Virus record (IMG/VR): IMGVR_UViG_3300042154_003205
Location: 1-60,277 of that record
Direction: 5' to 3' (one strand)
DNA: 60,277 nt
Source: a virus
Taxonomy: Duplodnaviria; Caudoviricetes
Both the position numbers and the translations under genes were made by a program. Of the stretch, positions 27,960-39,500 are shown piece after piece. The notes beneath the pieces are model-generated. The model had not been told where the DNA came from. It saw nothing but the letters and a program-made list of their open reading frames with translations, and ran no database searches. The stretch's first letter is position 1. Each line of letters starts with the position of its first letter.

Positions 27960-29650
27960 GCACATTCACTTTTGATCTCAGCAGTCTGCAGGCATCAGGG
28001 ACTTCGTTTGAACGAGGATTGCGTGCCAACACGCCTGATGACAAACTCACTTATTCAGGCAATGATCCCATAGTATGGGATGGCGTGAACAATGAACGAC
28101 TGCGCCGAGGACTCAGTCCACTGCCCAATCCCAGACCTGTGGATGACGGCAGAACAGTCAACACCGGTCGCGGCGGCACACAATCCACAACCCCAGCCCG
28201 AGACGCCACTCCTGAAGAGCGGGCCGAAGGTGAAAGGTTGGCTCGAAAGTTTGGATTAATCAGCAATCCAGACCAAACATCAAGTACTTTTGAAGTAAGT
28301 GGGCCACCAAACATGACTCGTGAACAGGCATTTGCTATTTTTCAAAAGCAAGCATCTGCTGGTGGACTCACGGGATTTCAATCAGGCGACATACTCAGTG
28401 CGCAAACACAGGCCGCTGACGGTCTAGAGGCTGCTAGAGCTGAGTTGACACAAGGATTTGCAGGATTTCCTGGCACAGATCAAGGAGCACAAAATCAGTT
28501 GGTGAGCATTGCACAAAGTGCCAAACAGTCACTGGCTGCGGGCAACACAGGCAATTTGCAAAGTCGAATCACCAATGGCGGTACTTTACTGCAACAGACT
28601 TCGGCCAAAATTGGTGGGCTGTTTGGCGTGCCAGTGACCAATGGTATTGATGTTGCGAACTTTGCCAAAACAGCCACGGCAGTCATGCCCATGTCCGGTC
28701 TCAGCACCACTGATGTTCGTGCCACCATGGCGTCAGTTGGTGCAGCCACCGGACAAAATTTTGATCAAATAACCAATGCCGTGGGAGTGGGTAAGTTTGG
28801 ATTCAACGCCCCACAACTAGAAACAGCAGGACTGTTAAAACCAGGTACCGCCAGTACATTTCTCAATCAAGGATCCAATGATTTAACATCGGTGTTGAAA
28901 AGTCCTGCTGTGTGGACCGGTGCAGGCGGTATCACCGGTCTTGACAGTTTTTTAAGTAATCCTGCGGCACAGAATTTGACACAGCAAAATTTGATGAGTT
29001 CAGGTTTGGCCACAGCCAGTTCACTGGGTGTCCCGCTCAATGGACTCAATGCCAAGGAACTCGGCGGAATATCCTCGGTGTTTGCCAAAGATTCAGCAGC
29101 CGGAGCTGACTGGATCAAAGGACAATTATCACCAGACAAACAAGCTGATTTTGATACCAAGTTCAAAGAAGCACAATTTGCTGTTGGCACAGCAGAACAA
29201 AAACTCAATGATGCTGTACTACAACAAGCACCACCAGGAGAAGCCACCAACACAGTTGATCGAACCACAGTTGATGCCGCTGCTACCAGAGTTGTGGGCA
29301 ACAACAAAGTTCCCAATACCAATTACGGCAACGAAAAAGCTGATCAAACTTTGATAGATGAGAACAAGGCTTTGAGAAAAGAAATAGGTGCATTGATCAC
29401 AAGAATAATAGATGTCAATGCTCAAAATGTCACCGCTGCAACAGCAGAAGCAGCGATTGCACAAATGACAGCCATACGCAATAGTTTAGAAACTGTGAGA
29501 GAAAAAGCAATATCACTTCGGACTAGGACCTTGAATGCCAACCCGTATAGTGAAAGCCTCTATCAAAAACTCAACGAAGAACTTGCAGATATAGTAGCTG
29601 CTATTAACAATATCAATGATTATATTAGAATCTATAGGCAGTTGAAATAA
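27956..29650 (+). CDS. Baseplate-associated protein, possible degenerate lysozyme-like domain
   Basis: 564 aa; VGKFGF..PQLETAGLLKPG...VWTG segment and a C-terminal coiled coil. Confidence 0.45.
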   Translation: MSTFTFDLSSLQASGTSFERGLRANTPDDKLTYSGNDPIVWDGVNNERLRRGLSPLPNPRPVDDGRTVNTGRGGTQSTTPARDATPEERAEGERLARKFGLISNPDQTSSTFEVSGPPNMTREQAFAIFQKQASAGGLTGFQSGDILSAQTQAADGLEAARAELTQGFAGFPGTDQGAQNQLVSIAQSAKQSLAAGNTGNLQSRITNGGTLLQQTSAKIGGLFGVPVTNGIDVANFAKTATAVMPMSGLSTTDVRATMASVGAATGQNFDQITNAVGVGKFGFNAPQLETAGLLKPGTASTFLNQGSNDLTSVLKSPAVWTGAGGITGLDSFLSNPAAQNLTQQNLMSSGLATASSLGVPLNGLNAKELGGISSVFAKDSAAGADWIKGQLSPDKQADFDTKFKEAQFAVGTAEQKLNDAVLQQAPPGEATNTVDRTTVDAAATRVVGNNKVPNTNYGNEKADQTLIDENKALRKEIGALITRIIDVNAQNVTAATAEAAIAQMTAIRNSLETVREKAISLRTRTLNANPYSESLYQKLNEELADIVAAINNINDYIRIYRQLK

Positions 29651-29681
29651 CACCCCAGTAAAAACAACGTGAAAATTACAC

Positions 29682-29689
29682 TATAAATA
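29682..29689 (+). promoter_or_regulatory. Late promoter TATAAATA
   Basis: Exact T4 late consensus 5 nt before the gp25 ATG. Confidence 0.7.
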
Positions 29690-29694
29690 TCAAC

Positions 29695-30069
29695 ATGACC
29701 ACATTCATTGGATTCAACACTATCAATCAAAACAAAAAGTTCACACTCACTGACTTTGAGTTGATTCAGCGTGATCTCCTGAATGCTTTCAACATTCGCC
29801 AAGGTGAACTGCCGGGCCGCCCAGGATATGGCACCACAATTTACAGTTTTTTGTTTGAAAATCAAGTGGAACAACTGCAAGAAGAGTTGCGAGCCGAAAT
29901 ACAACGTGTGGCAGCTGGTGACCCCAGACTCACCATCAATGACATACAGGTGTTCCCTCAAGAAAATGGCATATTGATACAACTTCAAATTACAATTATC
30001 AACACCACCAACGCCGAAATACTCAGTATATTCTTTGACGAAACTACTCGCAATGCCAGTTACGTATAA
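29695..30069 (+). CDS. gp25: Baseplate wedge subunit (gp25-like)
   Basis: IRQGE..GRPGYGT.I...LFE and DPRL motifs. Confidence 0.85.
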   Translation: MTTFIGFNTINQNKKFTLTDFELIQRDLLNAFNIRQGELPGRPGYGTTIYSFLFENQVEQLQEELRAEIQRVAAGDPRLTINDIQVFPQENGILIQLQITIINTTNAEILSIFFDETTRNASYV

Positions 30070-30096
30070 CTGCGCCGTTTTTATTATTAATAAATA
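30068..30096 (+). promoter_or_regulatory. Late promoter (ATAAATA) with upstream GTTTTT element
   Basis: AACTGCGCCGTTTTT-N8-TAAATA upstream of gp6. Confidence 0.55.
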
Positions 30097-30115
30097 AAGC
30101 ACGGACGAGACAAAA

Positions 30116-33100
30116 ATGGCAACAACCACAAGACAGACAGCAATATTTGGTGTAGAGGATTGGAAACAAATCTACCAAACTTACCGCGAAGCCGACTTTC
30201 AAAGTTACGACTTTGAAACTCTTCGTAAAAGTTTCATCGACTATCTGCGTTTGTACTATCCTGAAACATTCAATGATTACATTGAATCCAGTGAATTTAT
30301 TGCCTTGCTGGACGTCATGGCGTTCATGGGACAGGCACTGGCATTCCGTACTGATTTAAACACCAGAGAAAACTACATTGACACTGCTGAACGCAGAGAC
30401 TCAGTGGTGCGACTGGCCAATCTGGTCAGCTACACTGCCAAACGCAACACCGCAGCTGAAGGTTTCCTCAAAGTATTCAACGTTACCACAACTGAAAATG
30501 TGGTGGACTACAATGGCGTAAATCTCAGCAATGTCACTGTAAACTGGGCTGATCCTACCAACCCTGACTGGCAAGAACAATTCACTGCCATTATAAATTC
30601 TGCTCTAGTTGACAGTCAAAAAGTAGGACGTCCCGGCAATAGACAAACTATCCTAGGAGTGCGTACCGACGAATATGGCATCAACTTAGTGCCTGGTTTT
30701 TTGCCTGTTATTCCTTATACTGCCACAGTTGATGGCATCAACATGCCATTTGAAGCCACAACTTCTACATCAGTAGGGCGAGACTACGTGTATGAACCAG
30801 CACCACAGCCCAATACAGTGTTCAATGTTTTGTTTAGAAATGATCAATTAGGATTCCAAAGTTCCAACACAGGATACTTTTTTTTGTTCAAACAAGGTAT
30901 TTTACAAAATCAAGACTTTAATTTAGCAGAACGCATTGCTAATCGCACAGTGGATATCAATGTTGAAGGTGTCAACAACATGGATCGCTGGTTGTTTCAA
31001 CTGGACAATCTAGGAAACATCAGTCGCGAATGGCAGTATGTGGAAAATGTATACACCGCGGCAGCACAACGCAACAATGTGTTGCAACCTATCTACAGTG
31101 TTACCAGTAGAGCCAATGACCAAATAACCATGATTTTTGGCGATGGTGTGTTTAGTGAAATTCCAGTGGGCATATTCCGTGCCTATGTACGTGCTTCAAA
31201 CGGATTACAGTACATTATCAATCCTGAAGAAATGCAAAACGTTGTGCTGCCCATCAGTTACACTGACCGCAACGGCAACCTGCAGACCATAACATTTACC
31301 TGCGGCATCACACGTCCTGTGAGCAACAGTCAGGCACGTGAACCCATTGGCGAAATCAAACAACGTGCTCCTGCACGTTACTACACACAGAACCGCATGG
31401 TTAACGGGGAAGATTATAACTTGTTCCCTTATACACAGTACAACTCAATTATCAAAAGCAAGGCTTTGAATCGTGCAAGTATTGGAACCAGTCGCTATCT
31501 TGACTTAGTAGACAACACTGGCAAGTATAGTTCAACCAACACTTTTAGCAGTGACGGTGCCTTGTGGCGTCAAAACATATTGCCAACCATATTGTTTTCC
31601 TATGACAATCGCAATGACATTGCTGATGTTATAACCAATCAAGTACAACCTGCCTTGATTGGGCCCACGGCCAAACAGTTTTACTACGAAAACTTTCCAA
31701 GAGTGACCAGCACCACAGTGCCACTCAGTGTGACATGGTTGGCTGGATACACTTGGAATCAAAGCACCACCATGGCCAATGAAACCACTGGCTATTTCAG
31801 AAACACCACAACCAGTGCTATCTGGCCCAGTGGCACACCCATACCTGTGGGTGAATCAACCACCACAATGTTCAAGTATGTTATTCCAGGAGCACTGATC
31901 AAATTTGTGCCACCCACTGGTTACTACTTTGATCGTAACAACAGACTGGTACTGGGCTCGCCCACTCGCGCAGATGAACGTGTTGAAATTTGGGCCAGCC
32001 CTCAACTCATTGTGGGTGATGGTTACAACGGTGGCCTGGGCAACTTGACTTCAGGTGCTGGTCCTGTGACAATCAACAACTTTGTGCCCACTGGCGCCAT
32101 TGTAGACACCATCATTCCACTGTTTGTGACAGATCTGCCCACTGCTGTGGAACAGGCCATGACCGAACAGATCTTGTTGAATCGCAATTTTGGCTTGGGT
32201 TATGACAGCAACGGTGACATCACTGGCACACCTTATACCTGGTACATCATAACCAGTACCAATCTCAAAGTTTATGAAAGCAATGGCACCACAGTGGCAG
32301 CGTGGAGTCAGCAGTATGCTGATCAAAATGCACCTGGTCTAGATTCATCTTGGATGATATCATTTGTAGTGCAGAATCAAAACTACACCATTACATTCCG
32401 TGGACTTGCTTACAACTTTGGTTCAGTGTTGCAAACACGTTTCTTCTTCTATGAAGATCAATTGATATATGACAGTCGCACAGGCACCATCATCAAAGAT
32501 TTTGTCAACATCTTGGCAGTGAACACACAGCCCAACTCAACAGAATCCTTGCCAGGCGACATTTACACCACCATCATTGGACAACCTGTGGAAAGTGACG
32601 GCTATGTTGATGACTTCCAAGTGTTGGTCAGTTACCGTGACGCAGACAATGACGGTGTGCCCGACAACCCAGATTTCTTTGATGAAGTTGTGGGACCGGC
32701 TACCACAGCAGGACCTTATGTGTTCTTGCAACTGACAGTAGACTTTGACAACCTACAACGTTACTTGTTGGTTGAACAAGGTGTTGTAATCTATGATTAT
32801 GGAACACTGGACGAAATTGAACTGGCTAAAACTGAGTGGACTCCTGGACAGGTGTTTTACGCCTACGAGGAAGATGCTTTCTATCAACTCAGTATTTCAG
32901 TCACAGGTGTGCGAACCATTGTGGCAGTATCAGGATGGATAGCCCGAACTGGCAGACAAAGTTTGTATTTCCAGTACCGCCACAACAGTCCACTCACCAA
33001 CAGAATTGACCCAGGCACCACCAACATCATTGACCTGTATGTGGTCACGCTGAGTTATTACACTGCCTATCAGAACTGGCTGCGTGACACCACAGGCACT

Positions 33101-33595
33101 GTGATTGAACCAGACATGCCCACCATTGATACACTCACCACCGAATATCAAAACTTGCAAGACTACAAAATGATTTCAGACAACATAGTAATCAATTCAG
33201 TGGTGTTCAAGCCCTTGTTTGGGCCCAAAGCCGCACAACAGTTGCGAGCCACAATCAAAGTCATTCGTGCGCAGAACTCAACAGCCAGTACCAGCGAAAT
33301 AAAAAGTGCTGTGCTTGCAGAAATGAATGCGTATTTCAGCATAGACAAATGGAATTTTGGCGACACGTTTTATTTCTCTGAACTGGCAGCATATCTACAC
33401 AGACAACTGGGTAGTATAATTAGTTCCGTGGTGTTGGTACCCTTGGACCAGCAAAAGAGTTTTGGCGATCTGTATGAAATTCGCAGCCAACCCAATGAAA
33501 TTTTTGCCAATGGTGCTGTTATCGACAACATAGATGTAATTGAAGCATTGACCAGTACTAACCTACGTACTGCACCAGGCAGCGGAGTAATTTAA
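30116..33595 (+). CDS. gp6: Baseplate wedge protein (gp6-like)
   Basis: DFQSYDFETLR, ENYIDTAERRDSV, FGDGVF and AP..YYTQNRMVNGEDY. Confidence 0.85.
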   Translation: MATTTRQTAIFGVEDWKQIYQTYREADFQSYDFETLRKSFIDYLRLYYPETFNDYIESSEFIALLDVMAFMGQALAFRTDLNTRENYIDTAERRDSVVRLANLVSYTAKRNTAAEGFLKVFNVTTTENVVDYNGVNLSNVTVNWADPTNPDWQEQFTAIINSALVDSQKVGRPGNRQTILGVRTDEYGINLVPGFLPVIPYTATVDGINMPFEATTSTSVGRDYVYEPAPQPNTVFNVLFRNDQLGFQSSNTGYFFLFKQGILQNQDFNLAERIANRTVDINVEGVNNMDRWLFQLDNLGNISREWQYVENVYTAAAQRNNVLQPIYSVTSRANDQITMIFGDGVFSEIPVGIFRAYVRASNGLQYIINPEEMQNVVLPISYTDRNGNLQTITFTCGITRPVSNSQAREPIGEIKQRAPARYYTQNRMVNGEDYNLFPYTQYNSIIKSKALNRASIGTSRYLDLVDNTGKYSSTNTFSSDGALWRQNILPTILFSYDNRNDIADVITNQVQPALIGPTAKQFYYENFPRVTSTTVPLSVTWLAGYTWNQSTTMANETTGYFRNTTTSAIWPSGTPIPVGESTTTMFKYVIPGALIKFVPPTGYYFDRNNRLVLGSPTRADERVEIWASPQLIVGDGYNGGLGNLTSGAGPVTINNFVPTGAIVDTIIPLFVTDLPTAVEQAMTEQILLNRNFGLGYDSNGDITGTPYTWYIITSTNLKVYESNGTTVAAWSQQYADQNAPGLDSSWMISFVVQNQNYTITFRGLAYNFGSVLQTRFFFYEDQLIYDSRTGTIIKDFVNILAVNTQPNSTESLPGDIYTTIIGQPVESDGYVDDFQVLVSYRDADNDGVPDNPDFFDEVVGPATTAGPYVFLQLTVDFDNLQRYLLVEQGVVIYDYGTLDEIELAKTEWTPGQVFYAYEEDAFYQLSISVTGVRTIVAVSGWIARTGRQSLYFQYRHNSPLTNRIDPGTTNIIDLYVVTLSYYTAYQNWLRDTTGTVIEPDMPTIDTLTTEYQNLQDYKMISDNIVINSVVFKPLFGPKAAQQLRATIKVIRAQNSTASTSEIKSAVLAEMNAYFSIDKWNFGDTFYFSELAAYLHRQLGSIISSVVLVPLDQQKSFGDLYEIRSQPNEIFANGAVIDNIDVIEALTSTNLRTAPGSGVI

Positions 33596-36500
33596 TGGCA
33601 CGTACAAGATCAGTTGATTTTCTTCCACAAATATTTCAAACTCCAGTCAACAAACAATTCTTGGCGGCTACACTGGACCAAATGGTTCAAGAGCCCAAGT
33701 TTAAAAAGACACAGGGCTTTATTGGGCGCACTGTGGGACCTGGGGTCAATCCTAACGACCGGTACGTAGTGGAACTGGACAAAACACGTCAGGATTATCA
33801 ATTGGAACCAGGGGTTGTCAGTCTAGAACCTGACACCGATAAAATCAAAAATGTCATCACTTATCCAGGTATCAATGATGCTATTGGATTTCAAGGTGGT
33901 GATCAAAACAGGCCAGACCAACTGTACAACAGCGAATACTATGTCTGGGATCCGTTTGTTGACTATGATAGTTTTGTTAACTTCAGTCAGTACTATTGGA
34001 TACCTGAGGGCCCTCAAGCAGTAGATGTGGCCGCTGCCGGTTTGCCCACATCAGCCAACTTTGCAGTTACCAGAGAGAATGGCGTGTACACTTTCTCAGG
34101 GCTGTCGGGAGACAACCCTGTTGTCAATCTAGTGCGTGGCGGCAATTACACATTTCAAGTTGCCCAAAACACCAAAGAAACTGTAAACTATCGTGTGACC
34201 AACAATGGGATTACATCATACGTTATAGATCAACAGTCTAATCCTACGTTGACCTTGGCTCGAGGCAATACCTATGTGTTCAACATCACACTCAATGGCG
34301 TGTATCCTTTTTGGATAAAAACAGCACAGACGCTAGGTACAGGCAACGCTTACAACACCGGTGTACTCAGGAACGGCAGCAGTTTTGGATTAGTAACTTT
34401 CACTGTGCCACAAGACGCTCCAGACACACTTTTTTATGTAAGTGAAAATCAGATCAATCTGCGTGGTACAATAAACATTATTGATGGTACTCCCGGAACT
34501 GGTCCAGGATTTTGGATTCAAACCTCACCGGGAATAGCTGGTGTAGTTCCTTCTACGCCCAACATCAGTAGTCGCGATGTGTCAGGTGTGACTAATAATG
34601 GTGATGATCTTGGCATAGTCACATTCAATGTACCACAGAAAACATCGCAACAATTTTACTATGATCTTGTGGATGTAGGGCCCATTGATCTTTTGACTAC
34701 ATTGCAATTTGATCAAATTAACAATCAACCATTGCAACAGTTCATAGCAACCTACGGTGGCATTGACGGTATCACATATCTAGAGACCAGAACTTTGGTG
34801 TTTACCAATCCCATATTAGATGCCGAAGATGGTGGTTGGCTACAGACTACATTATTTGATCCTTTGCCTAGATCGGACGCATTTAATGGTCAGATTGGCA
34901 GCTACGATTCAGAACTTTTTGATCAGGCCACGGTAGTCCCACTAGCTGACAGATATCAAGTGTGGCAGATTAACATAGTAAATGAAGAAGGTGTGGACTA
35001 TATTAATCTCACCAAAATAGCCAATATTGCCTCAAATCAAAAGTTTACCATAAGCTACGGTAGCACTTTTAGCAATACCAGTTGGTACAAAAATGCCGCA
35101 GGATATTTTCAACAGATCCCATTATTAACTGCTGCATTTGATCAATTGTACTATCAAGATGGCACTGATCCAGAAATATTTGGTCGTATATTGTTGTTGG
35201 ATCCTGTTGAGTCTAACACTACATTTATTGATCAGATTTTGGGACAAAAAAATTACGTATCGCCTGCTGGTATAACATTTACCAACGGACTCAAGGTTAG
35301 ATTTACTGGTGATGTTGTGCCAGCCAGTTATGGTTCAGGCACTTTGTCTGTTGAATGTTCAGCTACCACCGCCGGCAGCAATTATTTCACTTGCGAGTCT
35401 ACCGCAGGACTATACGAAGGTGAACAAATTATATTTCCAGTCACCAGCAATGGTGTGGTTGACGGACAAATTTACTACATCAAAAGCATAGCGGCCAACG
35501 GCATTCAATTCTCTATTAGCACAGTAGCTGATGGTGCCACAGTGACGTTGAGCACAGATGTGTACCAACACACTGCCACAGCCATCAGCAACAATGAATA
35601 TTATGTGGCTGGGGTAGGCACTGCAATTGAATTGTTGCCTGTTAGAAATTTTATCACACCTGAAACTTATGTAGAAGATGCCAATGACAGTACCATTGCA
35701 TCAGAACCCGACCAACCTGACTATCTTACAATTGATCGGGCCAGTCAAGACTTAAATCCCTGGACTCGTAGCAATCGTTGGTTCCATGTAGACGTACTTT
35801 TGGCCACAGCAGATTACAACAATGTCGTTGCGGTGCTGGACAACAACTATCGGGCCAAACGCCCTATCATCAGCTTTAGGCCTGACATTAGATTGTACAA
35901 CATGGGCACTGAAGGCAAACAGCCGGTGGAGATCATTGATTTCTCAGAAACTGATGCTTTCAGCAACATTGAAGGCAGCACAGGATACACTGCTGATGGA
36001 TACACCTTGGTTGATGGCAGTAGAGTGATTTTTGCAGCTGATGAAGACCCTAATGTACGTAACAAAATTTACGTGGTACAATTCATCACACCTGACACTG
36101 TGCCTCCGCTTATTGTGCAACCTATCATACACTTGGTGCTGGCTGAAGATGGCGAAGTATTGACAGATCAATCAACTGTGTGCTTGGCTGGCAATACCTA
36201 TCCTGGTGTGACTTTTTGGTATGATGGTGTTGAATGGATCGAAGCACAACAAAAAACTGGAGTACAACAAGCACCACTGTTCAATGTGTATGATTTGGAT
36301 GGTGTGAGTTTTGGCGATAGAGCCAAATATCCGTCCAGCACATTTACAGGAAGCAAACTGTTCAGTTATGCAGTGGGCGATACAACCATACTGGATCCTA
36401 TATTGCAATTCCCGTTGCAGTATTTAAATATCAACAACGTTGGCGACATTGTGTTTGAAAACAACTTGTACAAAGATACATTTTTGTATGTACAAGACAA

Positions 36501-39500
36501 TGTGTCAAGCACGTTGGATATCAGCTCAGGTGCTGCGAGAGAGTATGCCTCTCGCACTGCTTTTGCCAAACTTATTGGCTGGCAAACTGCCGCGGCAACC
36601 AGCCAGCAGTACCAACAATTTAAATTTACCTATACTGGTCAAACACTGAAACTTGATGTAGCCGTAGGCACCACCACAGTGTTGCCACCAGTCAAAATTT
36701 ATGTGGGATCACAGTTTCTCAAATCTGATCAATTCAGTTATGTTGTGAGCAGCAACAGCACAACCATCACGCTGAATGAAACTTATTTTCCCACAGATGT
36801 TATTGAAGTACTGGTGCTGAGTGATCAACCCAGTTCGGTGGGATTTTATCAAGTTCCTGTCAACTTACAAAACAACCCCTTGAATGGCAACAGTCCAAGT
36901 TTCACACTGGGCACTATTCGAACTCAATATGAAAGCATTTGTGAAAATTTATCACAGTTGTCGGGACCAATCTCAGGTGCCAACAACAGCAGAGACCTGG
37001 GCAACATTGTGCCCTATGGTGAAATCATATTGCAACAAAGCTCACCGCTTACCTTGGCTGGTTATTTTTTGCGCAGTGAACAGTTTAATATATTTGCCAG
37101 CCTGCAGTACAACAGCAATGAGTATCTCAAATTCAAAGGACAGATGCTGAATGCTGTGGTCAACTCTGTTGTGCAACCCACTGATACCACCAGCGATGTG
37201 CTGGATGCAGCCATAGAAACCATTACTCAGGGACGAGTAGAAACACAACCGTTCTACTGGAGTGACATGATTCCTTCAGGTGCAGTGTATCAACCCACAA
37301 CATATACAGTGTCAAACACCACCACCAACACGTTTGATATTATACAAGTTTATAACTACACATCAGCCAATTATCTTGGCATGAATGTTTATTTGAACAA
37401 TGTTATTCTAACTCGTGATCTAGATTATGTGGTGGCCACAGATGGGCCACGAATTACAGTGTTGGTTGATCTAACCTTGGGTGATGTGTTGTTGTTGCAG
37501 GAATATACTGAAACTTATGGCAGTTTTGTGCCCAACACACCCACCAAAATGGGACTGTATCCGGCTTGGCGCCCAGAAATTGTGGTACAAAAAACCAGTG
37601 CGGGTACACAGTCTGTGATTGTGGGCCATGACGGCAGTATCACACCAACATTTGGCGACATTAGAGATGATGTGTTGTTGGAGTTTGAAACAAGAATTTT
37701 CAACAACTTGAAACTGGATGGAAACCCTGTGCCCATTGAACTCAGTGATGTCATACCTGGACAGTTTAGATCAACTGGCTACAGTGAAAGTGACATCAAC
37801 AACATCTTGGCCACTGACTTTTTGAGTTATGTGGCCTGGAACAAGTTGGATTACAAAGCACAAGACTATTCGGCCAACAATGAGTTTTCATGGAACTACA
37901 GTGGTAGTCAAAGTCGACTGGACAATGATCCATTGCCCGGTGCCTGGCGCGGCATCTATCGCTACTACTATGACACGCAACAACCTGAGTTGACCCCTTG
38001 GGAGATGTTGGGGTTGACCATCAAACCCGACTGGTGGGACACAGTGTATGGTGCGGGCCCATACACTCAAGACAACTTGGTGTTGTGGGACGATTTGGCT
38101 GCTGGTTTTGTGGCAGACCCCGGGGATCCACATTTTGAGCCTGCTTATGCTAGACCAGATTTAACAGCGGTCATTCCCACCGGCGATGAAGGTGCGCTGT
38201 TGAGTCCTTTTGATGCAGTGGTAGGAACCTACAACGACCAAACATTCCGCAAGAGTTGGGTCGTAGGCGACGGCGGCCCAGTTGAAGCATCGTGGTGGAA
38301 TAGTAGTGCTTATCCTTTCTCAGCCATGCGACTATTGGCCTTGACTCGTCCAGCCAAGTTTTTTGCACTGTTTGCTGACCGAGACTTGTACAAGTTCAAT
38401 ACAGAATTAAATCAGTATTTGTACAACAATAGGTATAGATTGAATGCCAGAGACATTGAAGTCTACGGCAACGGTGTCAGCAAAGCCAGTTACATCAACT
38501 GGATCGTGGACTACAATCGTCAAAGTGGCCTTGACAGCACTGCAGATCTCATGGCTGACCTTGATTTTCTTGATGTGCGCCTGTGCTACAGAATGGCCAG
38601 TTTCTCAGACAAACAGTACATCAAAATTTACACAGAAAAGTCCAGCCCCAACAGTACCAACACCACACTGTTGATTCCTGATGAAAGTTATGACTTGGTA
38701 TTGTACAAAAATCAACCATTTGATCGTGCCAGTTATTCATCGGTGGTGGTACAAAAAGTCACAGGCGGATATGCTGTTTTTGGTTACAGTACCACACAAC
38801 CTTATTTCAATGTATTGCAGAGTCAATTTGTGGGGCAATTACAAACTTACACTGTGGCCGGAATCACTGTTCAAGTTCCTACATTCTACACCGACGTGGT
38901 ACAACAAGTGCCGTATGGATTTATATTTGCCAATGAAACTGCTGTGAGTGCTTTTTTGTTGAGTTATGGCAAATATTTAGAGCAGCAAGGTTTGATATTT
39001 GATGACCTTGACAATGGCTACATCTTGAACTGGAGCCAAATGGTCACTGAGTTCTTGTACTGGAGTCAACAAGGCTGGGACGAAAATGCCTTGATCAATC
39101 TCAATCCACTGGCATTTAGATTGCAGATATCTCGACCTCAGGCCGTGGTTGACAGCATTGCGGCACAGACCAATGAAAATATTTTGTTGGATCAAAATCG
39201 TACTGAATTGCCCACACGCAATCTCATTATCACACGCTTGGACAACACGTTTACTGTTGAGCCAGCAACAGATCAGACCTTGAGTTACATTGATCTCAAA
39301 TACACATCATACGAACACATGGTTGTGTTGAACAATGCCAGTGTGTTTGGCGATTTGATCTATCAACCTATCACTGGTGCTCGTCAAAGCAGATTAACTC
39401 TAATTGCAGCCAATACCACTGAATGGAACGGCAATGTTGACGCACAAGGGTTTGTCCTTAATCAAGACAACGTTCAAGAATGGAATTCTTTCACTACCTA

